Shown in pieces: positions 13,042 through 41,000 of a stretch of 64,000 nt of DNA. Location of the stretch: NCBI RefSeq assembly GCF_964355755.1, contig NC_092679.1:6912201-6976200 (forward strand), in the 5' to 3' direction. Position 1 is the stretch's first letter. The number at the start of each line of letters is the position of its first letter. The DNA comes from Antedon mediterranea. Its lineage: Eukaryota; Animalia; Echinodermata. The position numbers and the translations under genes were made by a program. The notes under the pieces are model-generated. The model was not told the origin of the DNA. It was given only the letters and a program-made list of their open reading frames with translations, and made no database searches.

Positions 13042-14399
13042 TTAGAGAGATCATGCGCATTATACAAAAATGATAATGAATGCAGTTAAAAACGGGCTCG
13101 CGAATTGAAGCTTGGTTCTCACTCGGTAGGACGCAACACAATGACGTAAGCGCAACACAAACGAATTGACCAATGACAAACAGTTAATGATTTATCGTGT
13201 CGCGATTGGTCAAATTACTTACTTGTCCCTTGTGCGTTGCCCTCTGGGGAATCCAGCTAGAGCTAGCTTGAAGGACACTTTTGGTGGTCCCATGGGCTTA
13301 CAATTAACAGGGAACGTGTGTCAATATATGGCGAATGACGTAGTTTTTACGTAATCTAGTCTCTATACTAACTGGGTGATCGAGTTCACTGTTACTCATG
13401 ATTTTTGTTTAATTTTCTCTGAAATCCGGGCGGGTCATGATTGTATTTGCATGCTAAGTTATCAATTTCCAGGGATATCTTCTTCTGCGCGTAAAAATAG
13501 TCAAGGTCATTAAGTCATCCTGCTACGGTTTGTTAAGTTTTCACATCTAGTGGTAGGTGGCGTGCAGAGAAAGCAATTCCAACACCTGGTTCACACATCA
13601 TGAGTAGGCATGTATATCTAGACCGGGTCTATAGAAACTATAAACACAACTATAAATGGTACATCCTATTCGGTATCTCTGCTCTTTACTGATGATACTG
13701 TCATGAATAACATAGTACATCAAATCACGGTTGCTGATGATGATATGACATATCATATTGTTCAGATAGTTCTAACGTTAGTAAAATGTTCGCATAGCTT
13801 TATACAATAATTAATTGATACAATTTGCATTAGCTCCTCCTACCTTAACAGGATAACGGTACATTTTTGGCTATCACGGCGCTCCATACAAAAATTAAAG
13901 TACGCGTGGCAAATGAGGGCGCTAGATTTTGTTAATTCGGCGTGTCAAAAAACAAGAATGATGAACTGCTGACTGTAAGAAATTAATGTTGGAATTTTGT
14001 AGTAATTTCTATTGACGTGGACAGTGTTATCACATAAATAGACTTCCAAATTGACTGAAATTGTAAGTAGCAACTTCTGAATTCTACATAAACTGATTCT
14101 ATTCAGGTAATGTAATTAATTAATATAAGGGTGGCTAGTCTGGACTGGGCCCAGAGGCCTAGCTAGGCTACCAACTACCCGGCCTTTCTATATATCAAAA
14201 CGGCAAGTCAGGTGTATAATGGCATCGAGGTGAGGATACGATGCGTAGGCGTTGGATCCGTTGGTGGGACGACCTGATCCTAGCCTAGCATTTTATTGAA
14301 AAGTATCCATTGTAAACTAAACATGGACTTAATACAACTCATTTAGGCTAGGCTATATATATAGGCCTATTAATTAAGTTTATGCAATATTATTAGTAT

Positions 14400-15159
14400 C
14401 GCCGTGGTTAGGATTCCGGCACCGGAACTCAACTGCCCAGCGTTAGGGATTCCGACACGCTATTGCGCATGCCCAGAGCGAGGTAATCGGCGACTCTATA
14501 CTTATCAACAGCGATGGATTATTTCATAGCTGGAAGCTGCGCCACACGGCGAACTAGCCTAGATGCCTTCTTCTAATATGGGATCCACTAATATAATCTA
14601 GGCTAGGGCTACCAGTTAGACTACGTGACCAGTGGGCCTATAGTATTTATTTTGTAATTAAAAAGTGGTTGCTTCATTCATATATAAAATTCATATCATA
14701 TGAATTATATAATTATAGCCTACATGACTAGTTTTATGATTTTTCATAACGCATTATATACTGTACATACAACATGCAATCACAAGTTGATTTTGTTGAC
14801 GGCAGCCACCGCGTGGATGTGAAAAAACTGTTCGGGAAGACAGCGCTAAAAACTGCATTACGATTCTTAGATAGATACTGATACTTATTAATATCATTAT
14901 AATTATTTTAACGCGTGGCGTAGTCATATTTTAATTATTAATTCATGTATGGCATTGGCCAAGTTTCATCCATCGCTCTCTCGCTCGCGCAACGACTATC
15001 TAGGCTACAGTAAATCCCTATAACACTCCGACTCTCCGTGGTGTGGCACTTTGGTGCAAGCTATAATTCACTTCCCAGAGCTCTGGGCATGCGCAATAGC
15101 GTGTCGGATTCCCTAACGGTGTGCAGTTGAGTTCCGGTGCCGGAATCCTAACCACGGCG
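14400..15159. mobile_element. Non-autonomous TIR DNA transposon with 9-bp TSD (Mutator-like)
   Basis: ~80-bp TIRs CGCCGTGGTTAGGATTCCGGCACCGGAACTCAACTGC...GCCCAGAGC; exact flanking direct repeat TATTAGTAT at 14391-14399 and 15160-15168. Confidence 0.88.
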
Positions 15160-15345
15160 TATTAGTATTACACACACAGTATATTTTCTATCAATCAATT
15201 AGAATTAAACATTCTTTCTACTTTTAACAGGAAACTGAATGGATACCATTCACTGGTGCTGGGCAGCAGTAGTAATGTATGTTGTCATAAAAAGCTTAAA
15301 AATGTATTTTCCTAATAATTTAATTCCCACCACCAGGTTATTTAA

Positions 15346-30296
<14,951 letters not shown>

Positions 30297-30763
30297 TGAC
30301 AGGCCATTGTTGATAAAGACAGCACCTGAGCACCTATCTTAAACCTATTGTATGAAGGAGCACTCAAGACTTGACGTATCAATGTCAACATGCTTGTCAT
30401 ATTACATAACACCCTGTTCACACTGCATAAACTGATATATACAAGTTGTAACATATTTTGATCATCTGGGTAATACTGACTTGGAAAGTCTAATGTGGAC
30501 GCAAGACCCAATGCAGTGATATTAATCAAAGACAGGTGATGAGTCAATAATACACTTTTTTCGATAATAGATTTTTATTGCAGGATGATCAAGACTTTGA
30601 TTTAAAATCTTATGAGCTTAATTCTATGTAATAACTGGCAGTGTTTAAAGTTTGTCTCAATAGGTACAAAGGGAAAGTAGATGTTTAGTTAAAAGACAAT
30701 CATTTTGTATATACAACTTGTGTATTATCACCAAAAACACCAATTTTAACATTTTATATAAAT

Positions 30764-31048
30764 TTAAGGATCATGTTAATATTTTTGAACTGTAGTTAAT
30801 GCAGTAACTACATTTTTTTTTACTACAATAATGATTAACCAAACATTGGTATGCATACAAATATTTTGGCACGCATAGCGTTTCATACGCATAATACTCA
30901 AGTAAAGACAAGAATCAAAACGCTGATTGGAATACAAATTTAAGGAAGAAAATAAAGATTAGGAACAATTGTCACCTCACCTAAATAATTACATAAAGAG
31001 TCTAGTAACTGCAGTAACTGCAGTAAAATAATCTTAACATGTTCCTTT
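30764..31048. mobile_element. TIR MITE with ACTGCAGTAACTGCAGT subterminal palindromes
   Basis: AGGATCATGTTAA...TTAACATGTTCCT ends; related copy at ~45700-45927 and a fragment at ~21870-21955. Confidence 0.6.
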
Positions 31049-32189
31049 CGTCAGTTTATTTGTTTGTTTTTTTTCAACAATAACATTAAATCAAAATTAT
31101 CTATATTTATTTCTTAGATGCTACGTTTCTTATATTATAATAAAATTATATTTCTTTTAAATTGTAAAATATTTAAAGAAAAGTGACATTTTGCAACTTA
31201 TTATGATATTTCTGATTTCACAGCCATGAACAAAAACAAATTTATCCTGCTTGCCTAAAATGTATAATTATAAATAATTTAATACATTAAACCACTAATT
31301 ATTCAAATTACTTATTCAAAGTTGTAATATTTTATATTTTTAATTTATTTGGTGTCACACAGTAGCCTCAATAATAATTTAATAATAGATGTTTTTAATT
31401 TAATTTTACAAATATTATTTTTATAGTTTAACTGTATATGTTTCTAAGTTACCATAAACAAATTATAGTCTTTGTATTTCCAAATAATAATATTTGGAAT
31501 ATCTCTAATAGATTAGTTTCATTGATTATAGTGTTGCTTCAGCGGGGTATCACTCCAAATCTACTGGTGTCCCTCCAAATCTACTGGTGTCCAAACCTAA
31601 GTTCTGCTGCTTAGTTTAGTATGCTTAAGTCTGTATTTTTTATACGTGGTACCAGTTTTAATTGCATGTATTTTAAGTCGGTTAATTGTTAAGAAATTGT
31701 GCATTTGTTATATCAAGACATTACGTCAGTACAGTATTGTAAAATATAAAAATATATTGAATCTTCAAAGTCTTTTGTGTTTACATAAACGGTATGTTGT
31801 AGTTGGCTCTTTGTAGAGTTGTTTCAATGACTACTGCAACACTGTAATGTTCAACATTTAACACTGATGGAAAACGAAACGTACACATTTTGAAAGGAAT
31901 GGGGAAAATGGTTGCCAGTGACAAACACATCCCCTGCCTGTAATACTTATTGTAAGAAGTTCGATCTAAAATGGAGCCTGTTGCTGCATAGACACAATGA
32001 AAGTGAAGTCTCTCTGGAAGAAAGAGGCCTAGCGCTATACTTTCGGTTAGCAATCTATCAAAAGCATAGATAATAAATAGTCATTATTATTATATATAAC
32101 TTTTTGAGAAGAGAAGTTTATTTAAAACGTATCCGTGGTCAATAGCTATTTTTAATTACATACCAAAACATTATTAGTAGTGGTATAGT

Positions 32190-33545
32190 CACCTTGCCTG
32201 TGGAGCAGACATTTATTCCTGAAACTGATTGTAGTCTTACAACGTTCCCATTAGTTAAAACTGATGACATGTTTGAAATAATTAATAAAATTCCTAACAA
32301 GTCCAGTCCATTAGACCCTATGCCTACATGGCTGCTTAAGAAATGTACTCAGGTGATCTCCCCTGTTTTTACGCACATTGCAAATAGTTCATACACATCG
32401 GGTGTTTTTCCACAAAGTCTAAGAATAGGTGCTGTTGTCGTGTGGTGATACTGGTACTTTAAATGGATCTGAATCAAGTAAATTTCATCTTAGCTCTGGT
32501 GTCCCACAAGGGTCCACAATTAGTCCCCCACTTTTTACCACTTACATTAAACCTATTGCTGATATTATTAAGTCTCATGGGATACTTTTTCATCTATACG
32601 CACGCAGATGACACTCAATTGTATACCAGCTTTAACCCTAAAGTGCCAGGGGATCTCGAAGTTGCCATTTATAGAATTACTAAATGTATTAATGATCTTA
32701 GTATTTGGATGTACAAAAATCAATTTAAACTTAATGAATCAAAAACAGAGTTATTAGTTTTAACTCCACCAAAAGTCGACATTAGTAATAGAAATATTCA
32801 ACTGAATATTGGTGAAATTATTGTTAAACCCTCCAACACAGTTAGAAATCTTGGTGTGGTGTTTGATGTTTTTCTTCGTATGACACCCCACATTGATAAT
32901 GTCTGCCGTACTGTAAATTTTTTCTTAAGGGCATTGCGTAGAATAAGAAATTGTTTAGACAAAAAAACGTGTACCGAGGCTTTGAGGTCACTAATTCTAT
33001 CCAGGTTAGATTTGTAACTCACTATTTGTTGGAATGTCCAAACATAACATTTCGAGATTACAAAAGCTTCAGAACCGGGCTGCCAGGTTAATTTACCAAG
33101 TACCTATGTTTGTTAGTTCTAGACCTCTGCTTTATGAATTGCATTGGCTACCTGTTGAAAGTAGAATCACTTTTAAAATGTTACTTCATGTCTACAATTG
33201 TATAAATAATAATGCGCCCTGTTATCTGAGCAATCTCTTACGGGTGTATAGATGTGCTAAGAGACGCCTGAGGTCCGAGATAGATCACACTAGATTGGAT
33301 CACTGTCTCGAAAAGCGGACCTCTGGAAATAATACTTTCTCAAAATTTGGACCGGTGATGTGGAACGAACTCCCGTCTGTGATCCGTGAATAAACCACGG
33401 TTTTAAAATTTAAAAAAGCCCTCAAAACACATCTATTTCCTAAGAAGTGACTCATTGTTGGGTGTGCTGATGTAAAGCGCTTTGATAATTTTATACTAAT
33501 TTGGAAAAGCGCTATATAAATAAAATAATAATAATAATAATAATT
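32190..33545 (+). mobile_element. 5'-truncated, degenerate CR1/L2-clade LINE (RT and C-terminal region)
   Basis: Peptides KSSPLDPMPTWLLKKC, SGVPQGSTISPPLF, (Y/H)ADDTQLY, LNESKTE, VRNLGVVFD, LQKLQNRAARLI, LHWLPVESRITFK across frameshifts and an internal deletion; (TAA)n tail at ~33520-33543. Confidence 0.9.
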
Positions 33546-34210
33546 AGGCCTATAAAGACAACAGATATTACGTCATGAATACAAATTATCGAAGTTTTCC
33601 CATAATTGATAACGCAGTTTAAGATTTTGAGAATATACAATAGACAAGAAAAAATACTAATAAACCTTAAACTTAAGCTCATCATGTGGGCATATCAACT
33701 CCGTGCACCCGAAGACTTTGTCTAAAAAAGAAAGATAGATCCTGCTTGCTACATATTTTGCCATAGGGACTTGTCAATAGCGCCGTCATCGACGTAATCT
33801 TCACATTCCTACATTCCATCCAGTAGTCCTTCTATTCTCATGATGATAGTTGTTATGACTGTAACCGTAAGTATTTCATCAAAATGATATATACATTTGC
33901 TCTCTAACGGCTATATTTTGGGTCGGCGAAGAACGTGAAAAAGTGAATTTGAGACCGACTAAGTACCACATGCATTTCATGTATTTTAAGTTTCGCGGTA
34001 AACACGTCACACAGGGTTGTGTTATGCCTTAATATGTGTCTGTTTCGTGTCGATGAGCGTATCCATAATTAGACGGCCAGGGAGATGGAAGGGCATTTCC
34101 CCCTAATTTGTTAGATAATTTTTGTTTGCCTTACCCCTACGCACATAAGACTATTAAAAGTGGTAGTGCCCTTGCCCACGCCATGTTTAGAAATATGTAG
34201 TGTAACTTAC

Positions 34211-34283
34211 CTCGACTTCAATTGTGATGGCTTGGTACGAGACAGAAAATTATCGATTGTCGATGTCCAGCTGAAGATGCCAT
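34211..34283 (-). pseudogene. Orphan, apparently frameshifted copy of the C11orf68-like first exon
   Basis: Encodes TIDNFLSRTKPSQLKS followed by a phase-2 GTAAGT donor, matching TIDDFLFINKPSQLCI of exon 1. Its ATG (MASSAGHRQ) is out of frame with this peptide. No convincing partner exon 2 was seen downstream. Confidence 0.55.
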
Positions 34284-34946
34284 TTTTTTGGTTTATTGTA
34301 ACTATCCTCTTGAAAGAATCAAAAGTCTAAAGAGGACTATATTGTTTAATTTAGTTTAATCGATAATCTACATAACAGCAACACTGTTTAACACATCTCA
34401 TTCACAGTTTAATGAAACGGTAATACATGAAAAACCCTTCCAAAATAACTTCATCACTAGACCTTTATTGAATAAATATGCTTTCTAGCTGAAAAAAGTC
34501 TTACAACCAATTATTAAATTACTATTATAGTAATAGTTATGCTGAGGACACAACAAATAAACAACTTAACCAGTGAAATGTTGTTATTATACATCAACAG
34601 GCCTAAATTCTTTTTCGTTTGGACTTCGTATTTGGTTGGGGTACATTTCTTTTATTGAATTTTTAATATATTAAATGCAAACAATGAAACTCGTTCTCAA
34701 CTTTAAGCAACAATCACCTATGTATTAAGTCACTTTCTGGGTAGGCCTAGCATTGACAAAAGCACAGACGTATCTTTTGTGACCTCCTTACTACATCAAT
34801 TTATACAATACAACATTAACAAACGAAGAATGTTCGTAGTCATTTTGGAGTGTCTTCATCGTCGGCCATTATCAATCTATAGTCTATTGATTTTATAGTG
34901 AATTGTGTCCGTCATCACACCATAATCACGCATGGTTATTATAACT

Positions 34947-35670
34947 TTAATATCCACCATTCCTTTCATCTCTCCCTTGGTATCCTCTACTTCCATTAGA
35001 CCTACCCCTCCCACGGTACCCACCCCTTTTGCGATACCCACCTCTTTCGCGATACCCATCCCCTTCGCGATACCCACCCCTTTCGCGATACCCACCCTTT
35101 CCGTGATAGCCTGATGTTGGACTATGTTCATCCGTCGTCTCATAAATACTCGGCTTTACCTTATGTTCATTATTTCGATAAACCCCAGTTTTTGTATTGA
35201 TGTCAGGCTTGTACTTCAGCCTGCCTTTAATACCGATATCTCGCATTTTCTTCTCCACGTCAAATACCTGGGCTTTGTTGCGATAGTCAGGTGTGTACAC
35301 CGCGATGTAAGAGCTGACGTCTTCATTTTCTCCGACGGGGGCCACTTTAGCCATAGTTGCACCTTTACCTAGCTTCCCAGATACGGTTGCCTTTGCTACC
35401 TTTCCCCAAATGTTGTCAACGTAGTCTCGTTTTGGAAAAATCATCCATTTTCCTGACGTCAATTCTTCGTCAAGTGAAAAAATTTCGTTTTGTGATACGC
35501 CTCCTTTCTCATCCTCGTCAGATGCCGCGGCATCTTCATCTGATGATGTCGTTGATTGGTTGTGGGTAAGCTTTTTGAATGATGACGTCAGCTCATCAAC
35601 ATCACAAGTTTGAACCCAATGTGTTTTACGATAGTCCGGTCCAAGCACTCGTATCCAACTAATTCCATCA
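34947..35670 (-). CDS. Duplicated C11orf68-like terminal exon 2b with RGG/YR-rich C-terminal tail (~282 aa if spliced to exon 37665-37541)
   Basis: Acceptor ttttcattAG at 35672-35671 has the same phase as exon 2a, and the frame is open to the stop at 34947. Paralogous to 36952-36370. It ends GYHGKGGYRERGGYREGDGYRERGGYRKRGGYRGRGRSNGSRGYQGRDERNGGY. Confidence 0.8.
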
Positions 35671-36369
35671 CTAATGAAAAGAACACAAATAAAACATTAT
35701 TTTTTCGTTTTCGATGGTATGAAATGAATAGAAATGATAAACGACGGTGATGAGAAAAATCTCTTTATTTTAATTGGAATACTGTGTTTGTGCAAAGTAT
35801 TGTACTATGAGTAAAAACAGAACTGGGTATAGGCTTCAAGAAGGAAGTAAAATAATAGCAGAATCTATAAATTTAATCATTAATTCAATCCAGTTACTCC
35901 AGCGGTTTATAAGCATGTATCCCACTTGTTTACAACCGTGCTTTATAGTATTATAGAACAAAGGATACCTTAAATGGTAAAATAAAAACAAGAGCAGACG
36001 TGAACGATTTTGCGGGTTATATTTAGTGTCATAATGAAATGAAAAACAATGAAAAGTAACCAAACTTGCACCGAAAAAATTCAAGTGCGCGTTACAAATT
36101 GAATGGAGAGTTATTCAGTAACCAGAGTTGGCCGTAGTGTATATACATCCCCTCGTTTTTTCACGGGAAAGTATCTTCTTTTGGATTGCATATAACACTC
36201 ATCAGTACAATATAGTATGTTGCATGTCACCATCACATTCGTGCGGATGAAACTAACAGCGTGACGAATTGACGTAGGCCTACAGGAAAAAACAGCAACG
36301 TGAAGCATGGAATGAGAATGAATGCGACTGGTTTAAAGTCTTACCGTTGCTTGGTAACATTGAAAGTTT

Positions 36370-37665
36370 CTATAATGATGTTGTCTTGCTTTTGACACCA
36401 GACTTGCCTTTGGAATCTGACTTATCATATGTGACATATATACTAGGTCTCATCTTGTAATTGTTGTGGCGGTAAACTCCAGTTTTTGTATTGATATCAG
36501 GCTTATACTTCATGGTGCCTTTAATGCCAATATCCCGCAGTTTCCTCTCCACTTCATATACCTGGGCTTTGTTGCGATAGTCTGGTGTGTACACCGCGAT
36601 GTAAGAGCTCTCTTCATTATCTCCGACGGGGGCCACTTTAGCCATAGTTGCACCTTCACCTAGCTTTCCAGATACGGTTGCCTCTGCTATCTTTCCCCAA
36701 ATGTGGTCAACGTAGTCTCGTTTTGGAAAAATCATCCATTTTCCTGACGTCAATTCTTCGTCAAGTGAATTAATTTCATCTTGAGTTATTGCGATTTCGT
36801 CATCTTCGCTGGTTTCTTCTTGATTTAGCGTAGCTTGCGATTGTTGTGCAGTGGTCAGTTTTTGAAGCGATGCAGCAAGATGATCGACGTCATAGTTGGT
36901 TTGAGCATCCTGATACCCAGGTCCAAGTACTCGAATCCATGTTATGCCATCACTTTTAAAATTATTAAATAAAATATAAAAATTATTACTTTTTGTGATT
37001 TTTATGCTTGCTGTTTGAACGAACTTCCAGTTTCATTCATTCATCAGTGAAAAATTACTTCCATTTAATGTAAGATATACATAGAATTTATGTTTGATCA
37101 GAGATAATATACAAAAACAGATAAATTGAAAGCTAACAAAAACAATTACTAAGTGTCACATCACTCTCGGTCGGAATACTGACATACTGACAAGCATTCA
37201 GTGCCCGAATGGCAGTTGGTGTTACGAAACCTATTTGTACGAGAGATGAGGATCGACCCTTTCAAATAATAGATCAACAGATTTAGTGTGGTAAACGATG
37301 ACGGTTTTCCCCGTGGAAACGATCAACCCCACCCCTGTATAAATCTTGGCTCTGATTTTGTCCACTGAGGGTTGATTATATTGTGAAGATTGTCATGGAG
37401 AAAATTGTAGTCTATTTCTATAATAAAATTATATACCGACTTTCCATAGACCTGGGCCTATCCTGACCCCATCCCGAGATGAGATATATAGTGAATTATA
37501 ATATTAATAATATCTCTATTATGCTCTATTCATAGCCTACCTAATACAGAGCTGAGAAGGCTTGTTTATGAACAGAAAATCATCAATTGTTTCCTCGTTG
37601 CATTCTGGGTCAAAAATACGTTCATCTGAACCAAATGTTTGGTGAGTCCTCCCTGCCGTTGCCAT
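36370..37665 (-). CDS. C11orf68: UPF0696/C11orf68 (Bles03, DUF1917)-like protein, isoform using the proximal terminal exon (~235 aa)
   Basis: Exon 1 is 37665-37541 (MATAGRTHQTFGSDERIFDPECNEETIDDFLFINKPSQLCI, phase-2 donor GTAGGC) and exon 2a is 36952-36370; 708 nt in frame. Family motifs: SGKWMIF..VDHIWGKIA..AKVAP..IAVYTPDY..YKPDINTKTGVYR..PSIY. Confidence 0.85.
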
Positions 37666-38087
37666 CTCTATCCCGTAATTGACAGTGACGTTTATTTTTA
37701 GTAATGCTGTTATTTTGTATCCAATGTTACATGGGCGACGTCACAAGCTGTAATTTCCAACATCCTGGGATTTCGTTTAAAATGACTGTCGGGGAAAATC
37801 CCAGATTGCGACTCTGGGCGTTCAGTGCCCGTATTGCGTACTGAAAAAACTAATAATTTATTGATAGATGGGGATTACATTTGTAATGATATATAAAATA
37901 TTTTAGTGATTCATCCAAAAGGTTTATTGTCTGAAACTGGATGACCCTTTATTTTTTATTTGTTGAAATAAAAATTATGTCCTCATAATGTCGATAGAGG
38001 GCGATATAGAAGTAAATAAGTTTAGTAAAAAGATACAAGATTCAAATGTTATTTTATACTGACAAATGCATTTTAAATTGAGTAAGA
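37666..38087. promoter_or_regulatory. Putative bidirectional promoter between the C11orf68-like gene and CMTR1
   Basis: The divergent start codons are only ~420 bp apart. There is a locally CpG-richer segment and a kB-like GGGATTTTCC on the minus strand at 37793-37802. No transcript evidence is available. Confidence 0.55.
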
Positions 38088-41000
38088 ATGTCAAGCAGAA
38101 AACGCCCATCTTCATCCCAAGATGATAGTTGCGAAGAACGGGAAAGTATCAATTACAGTCCGATTAAAAAGAAAAGATTTTCCTCCGATTACGATGAGGG
38201 TCAACGATCATCGGGTTCAACGGGGTCTTCTGCAGGATATGCTGCTGCAGGAGGTAGGCCCAGGCTAGCTAAGCTAAGCTAGGCCTAGGTTTTAAGTTGA
38301 GATACTTGTTATCACAAATATAGGAATAATTATAAATTACCGGTTCTTTTTTACATTTACTGAACCTCAGGTTTGGTACCGTTTTGGTCACATGGCCCAA
38401 GATAATATTTATTTTATACAACAAAAAGCAGACATACAGCCAGATTGTATTGACTAGGCCTAGGCCTATTGTATGTTAATAAATAATATTAAATAATAAT
38501 ATGGATTGTAGGCTGTATAGCCTGTTCTGTTGTAATTTCCTTGATTCTATTCTGCAACAAATCATTTTGCGATAAAAATCATATATGACTTACAGTATTA
38601 CTGTACAATTATGTTAAAATAATTCAATTCAAATTAAGTTTGTTTTATAACTTATATATTAAAAGTTGTTTTTTAGGCTTTTTTCAAGGAACTACACAAG
38701 AAGAAGTATTTGGCAGTCATTTAAGTTCTGAAGATTCTGGAGAGGAATCCAGTATAATTAGCAAAAGTAACTATTCTGAGATGGGAGGAAACATGTCTTT
38801 CTTTGCACCAACTAAGCCTAGTGAAGAAAGTGGTAATGTTCAGTCACATCCAGGAGCATCAAAGGACAAACCAGCCATGTACAGTGATTTTGCACAGAAA
38901 ATGATGGTTAGTTGAAAGCCCTTCCATGCCTGGCCCACCATGACATAATGGTACTGTTTCTCCTACAAACAAATAACGGTTAATAAACATGTGAATAATA
39001 TGTTTATATTTAGGCAAAAATGGGTCATAAAGAAGGCTCTGGACTTGGAAAGCATGGAGAAGGGCGTGTTGATATAGTGGAAGCGTCAACACAACGAGGG
39101 CGACGTGGTCTTGGTTTACAGAAAAAAGGTTTTGAAGCATCAACAGAACTTACCTGGAATTATGAAGATGATGTATGTAAAATTAAAATTATTAATGGTT
39201 TTGTAAAAAAAAAATTATTACGCAGTGTGTTGGACGTTGAATTACTGATCACGAGTTTGAATCCAACTCCCGCTGCATTGCTTGTATCCTTAGGCAAGAT
39301 ACTTTACTTAGGTTTGCCTCTCTCCACCCAGGTGCATAAATGGGTACCCGGTTAGAAGATCAAGACACAACTTTGCACTGTACTTTACTGTTTGCACTGT
39401 ACAGTACTTTACTGTTTGCACTGTACAGTACTTTACTGTTTGCACTGTACAGTACTTTACTGTTTGCACTGATTACTAGCTGCATTATGGGAGTATGTTT
39501 CCAGAAGTGTTTGATAAAAAAAGATGACTGGGTAATAAGTGAAGTGCTTAGAAGCATTGTGCAATAAGTGCTATATAAAAACAAATAATAGGTATCATGT
39601 ATCAATTTTATCCTAGACTTACCTCCTGTACTTCACAGAATGTGCTCAGTCATATATCTGTCTTCATCATTTGCGCTTCCCTTTTTATTTTAATCGTATG
39701 TTGTTTTACTTTTTTAATGTGCTGTTTCAGATCTCATCTCATGAGGTAGTTGATTGGCTACCATCCTATTCTGGACCTGTACCAAGACTTGAAGAAATGC
39801 TGCAATGGATACAAGAAGGCAATGTAAAGTGTATAAATTATTATTTTATTATTTTGTTTGTTTTGAAGGAATTACTTACAGATTATCCACAAATGTTTTT
39901 ACTGGTGTTAATACCACAGTGCTATGGTGTACAATCAAAGTAATGTTACCAAAACAGAGATACAGCTTTAATCATACTTAAGCTATGCCTACACTATCAA
40001 TTTACACAATCATTTAAAAAAGTTTTGTTGAACATGCCAATTAATGTCATATAATAGTTTTTAATAGTCAATTTGACCAAAAATTTTATCGAAAAAAAAT
40101 GTGGTTGAATTAAACCATTTATATTGCCTTTTTTAAAGAGTAAACACAATTGTGATTAACATTATTAAAACTGTGTAATGGCCTATTTAAAGTCTTTTTT
40201 AATTAATCTTCAATTCTCATGTTTTTTGGGACAACAATACATCTTTAAAGATATTTATTCTTTTGATGTGTTTAACATGCTTATTGATGCTCCCATAATC
40301 AAATTATAATAACTATATCTTTGTTTATAACACAACAATTTACATTTGTTTACAGAGAAAATACATAATTGATGATGAAACAAATTTTTGTAGTGAGGAC
40401 ATTTTAAAGGGAGTTCTGAAGGCAAAGGTAAAGTAAGATAAATATCATAGTAAAGTTAAGGATTGATGATTTCTTGCAAAACATAAATTAACCAGTTTAT
40501 ATATTTTGCATACCATATGAATTGGCATTTTTTTTCTCTTTCATTTTCATCTTTGTTCTAGTTTATTTATTTTTTATTTTATATCCATGGATTACCAATA
40601 GTATTAATCACTGTCCTATCAGATAGGTGGTAATCTCTTTGTTATTTATTTACAGACGATATTTGATACGTTGGAACCAGAAGAGATGAGGCAAGCTCGT
40701 ACTCGCTCAAATCCTTACGAGACAATACGAGGTGGAATCTTTCTAAATCGTGCGGCTATGAAGATGGCTAATATGGACACTGTTTTTGATATGATGTTTA
40801 CGAATCCAAAGAAAGACACTGGTGTAAGTGTCCATCTACAGCTCTGTCTACACTATCAAACTAGTTTTGATAAAAAAAAGTGTGATGTGCCCAAATATGG
40901 TAGTCTTATTCCCAAATATGGTAGTGATATGACATCATAATGCCCATATATGGGCACATCACATTTTTTGTATCTCATATAGTTTGATAGTGTAGACAGA

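Noticed and set aside
32194-33393. Reverse-transcriptase ORFs as a retron, DGR or domesticated gene
   Set aside because: Frameshifts, an internal deletion, 5' truncation and a (TAA)n tail indicate a dead LINE.
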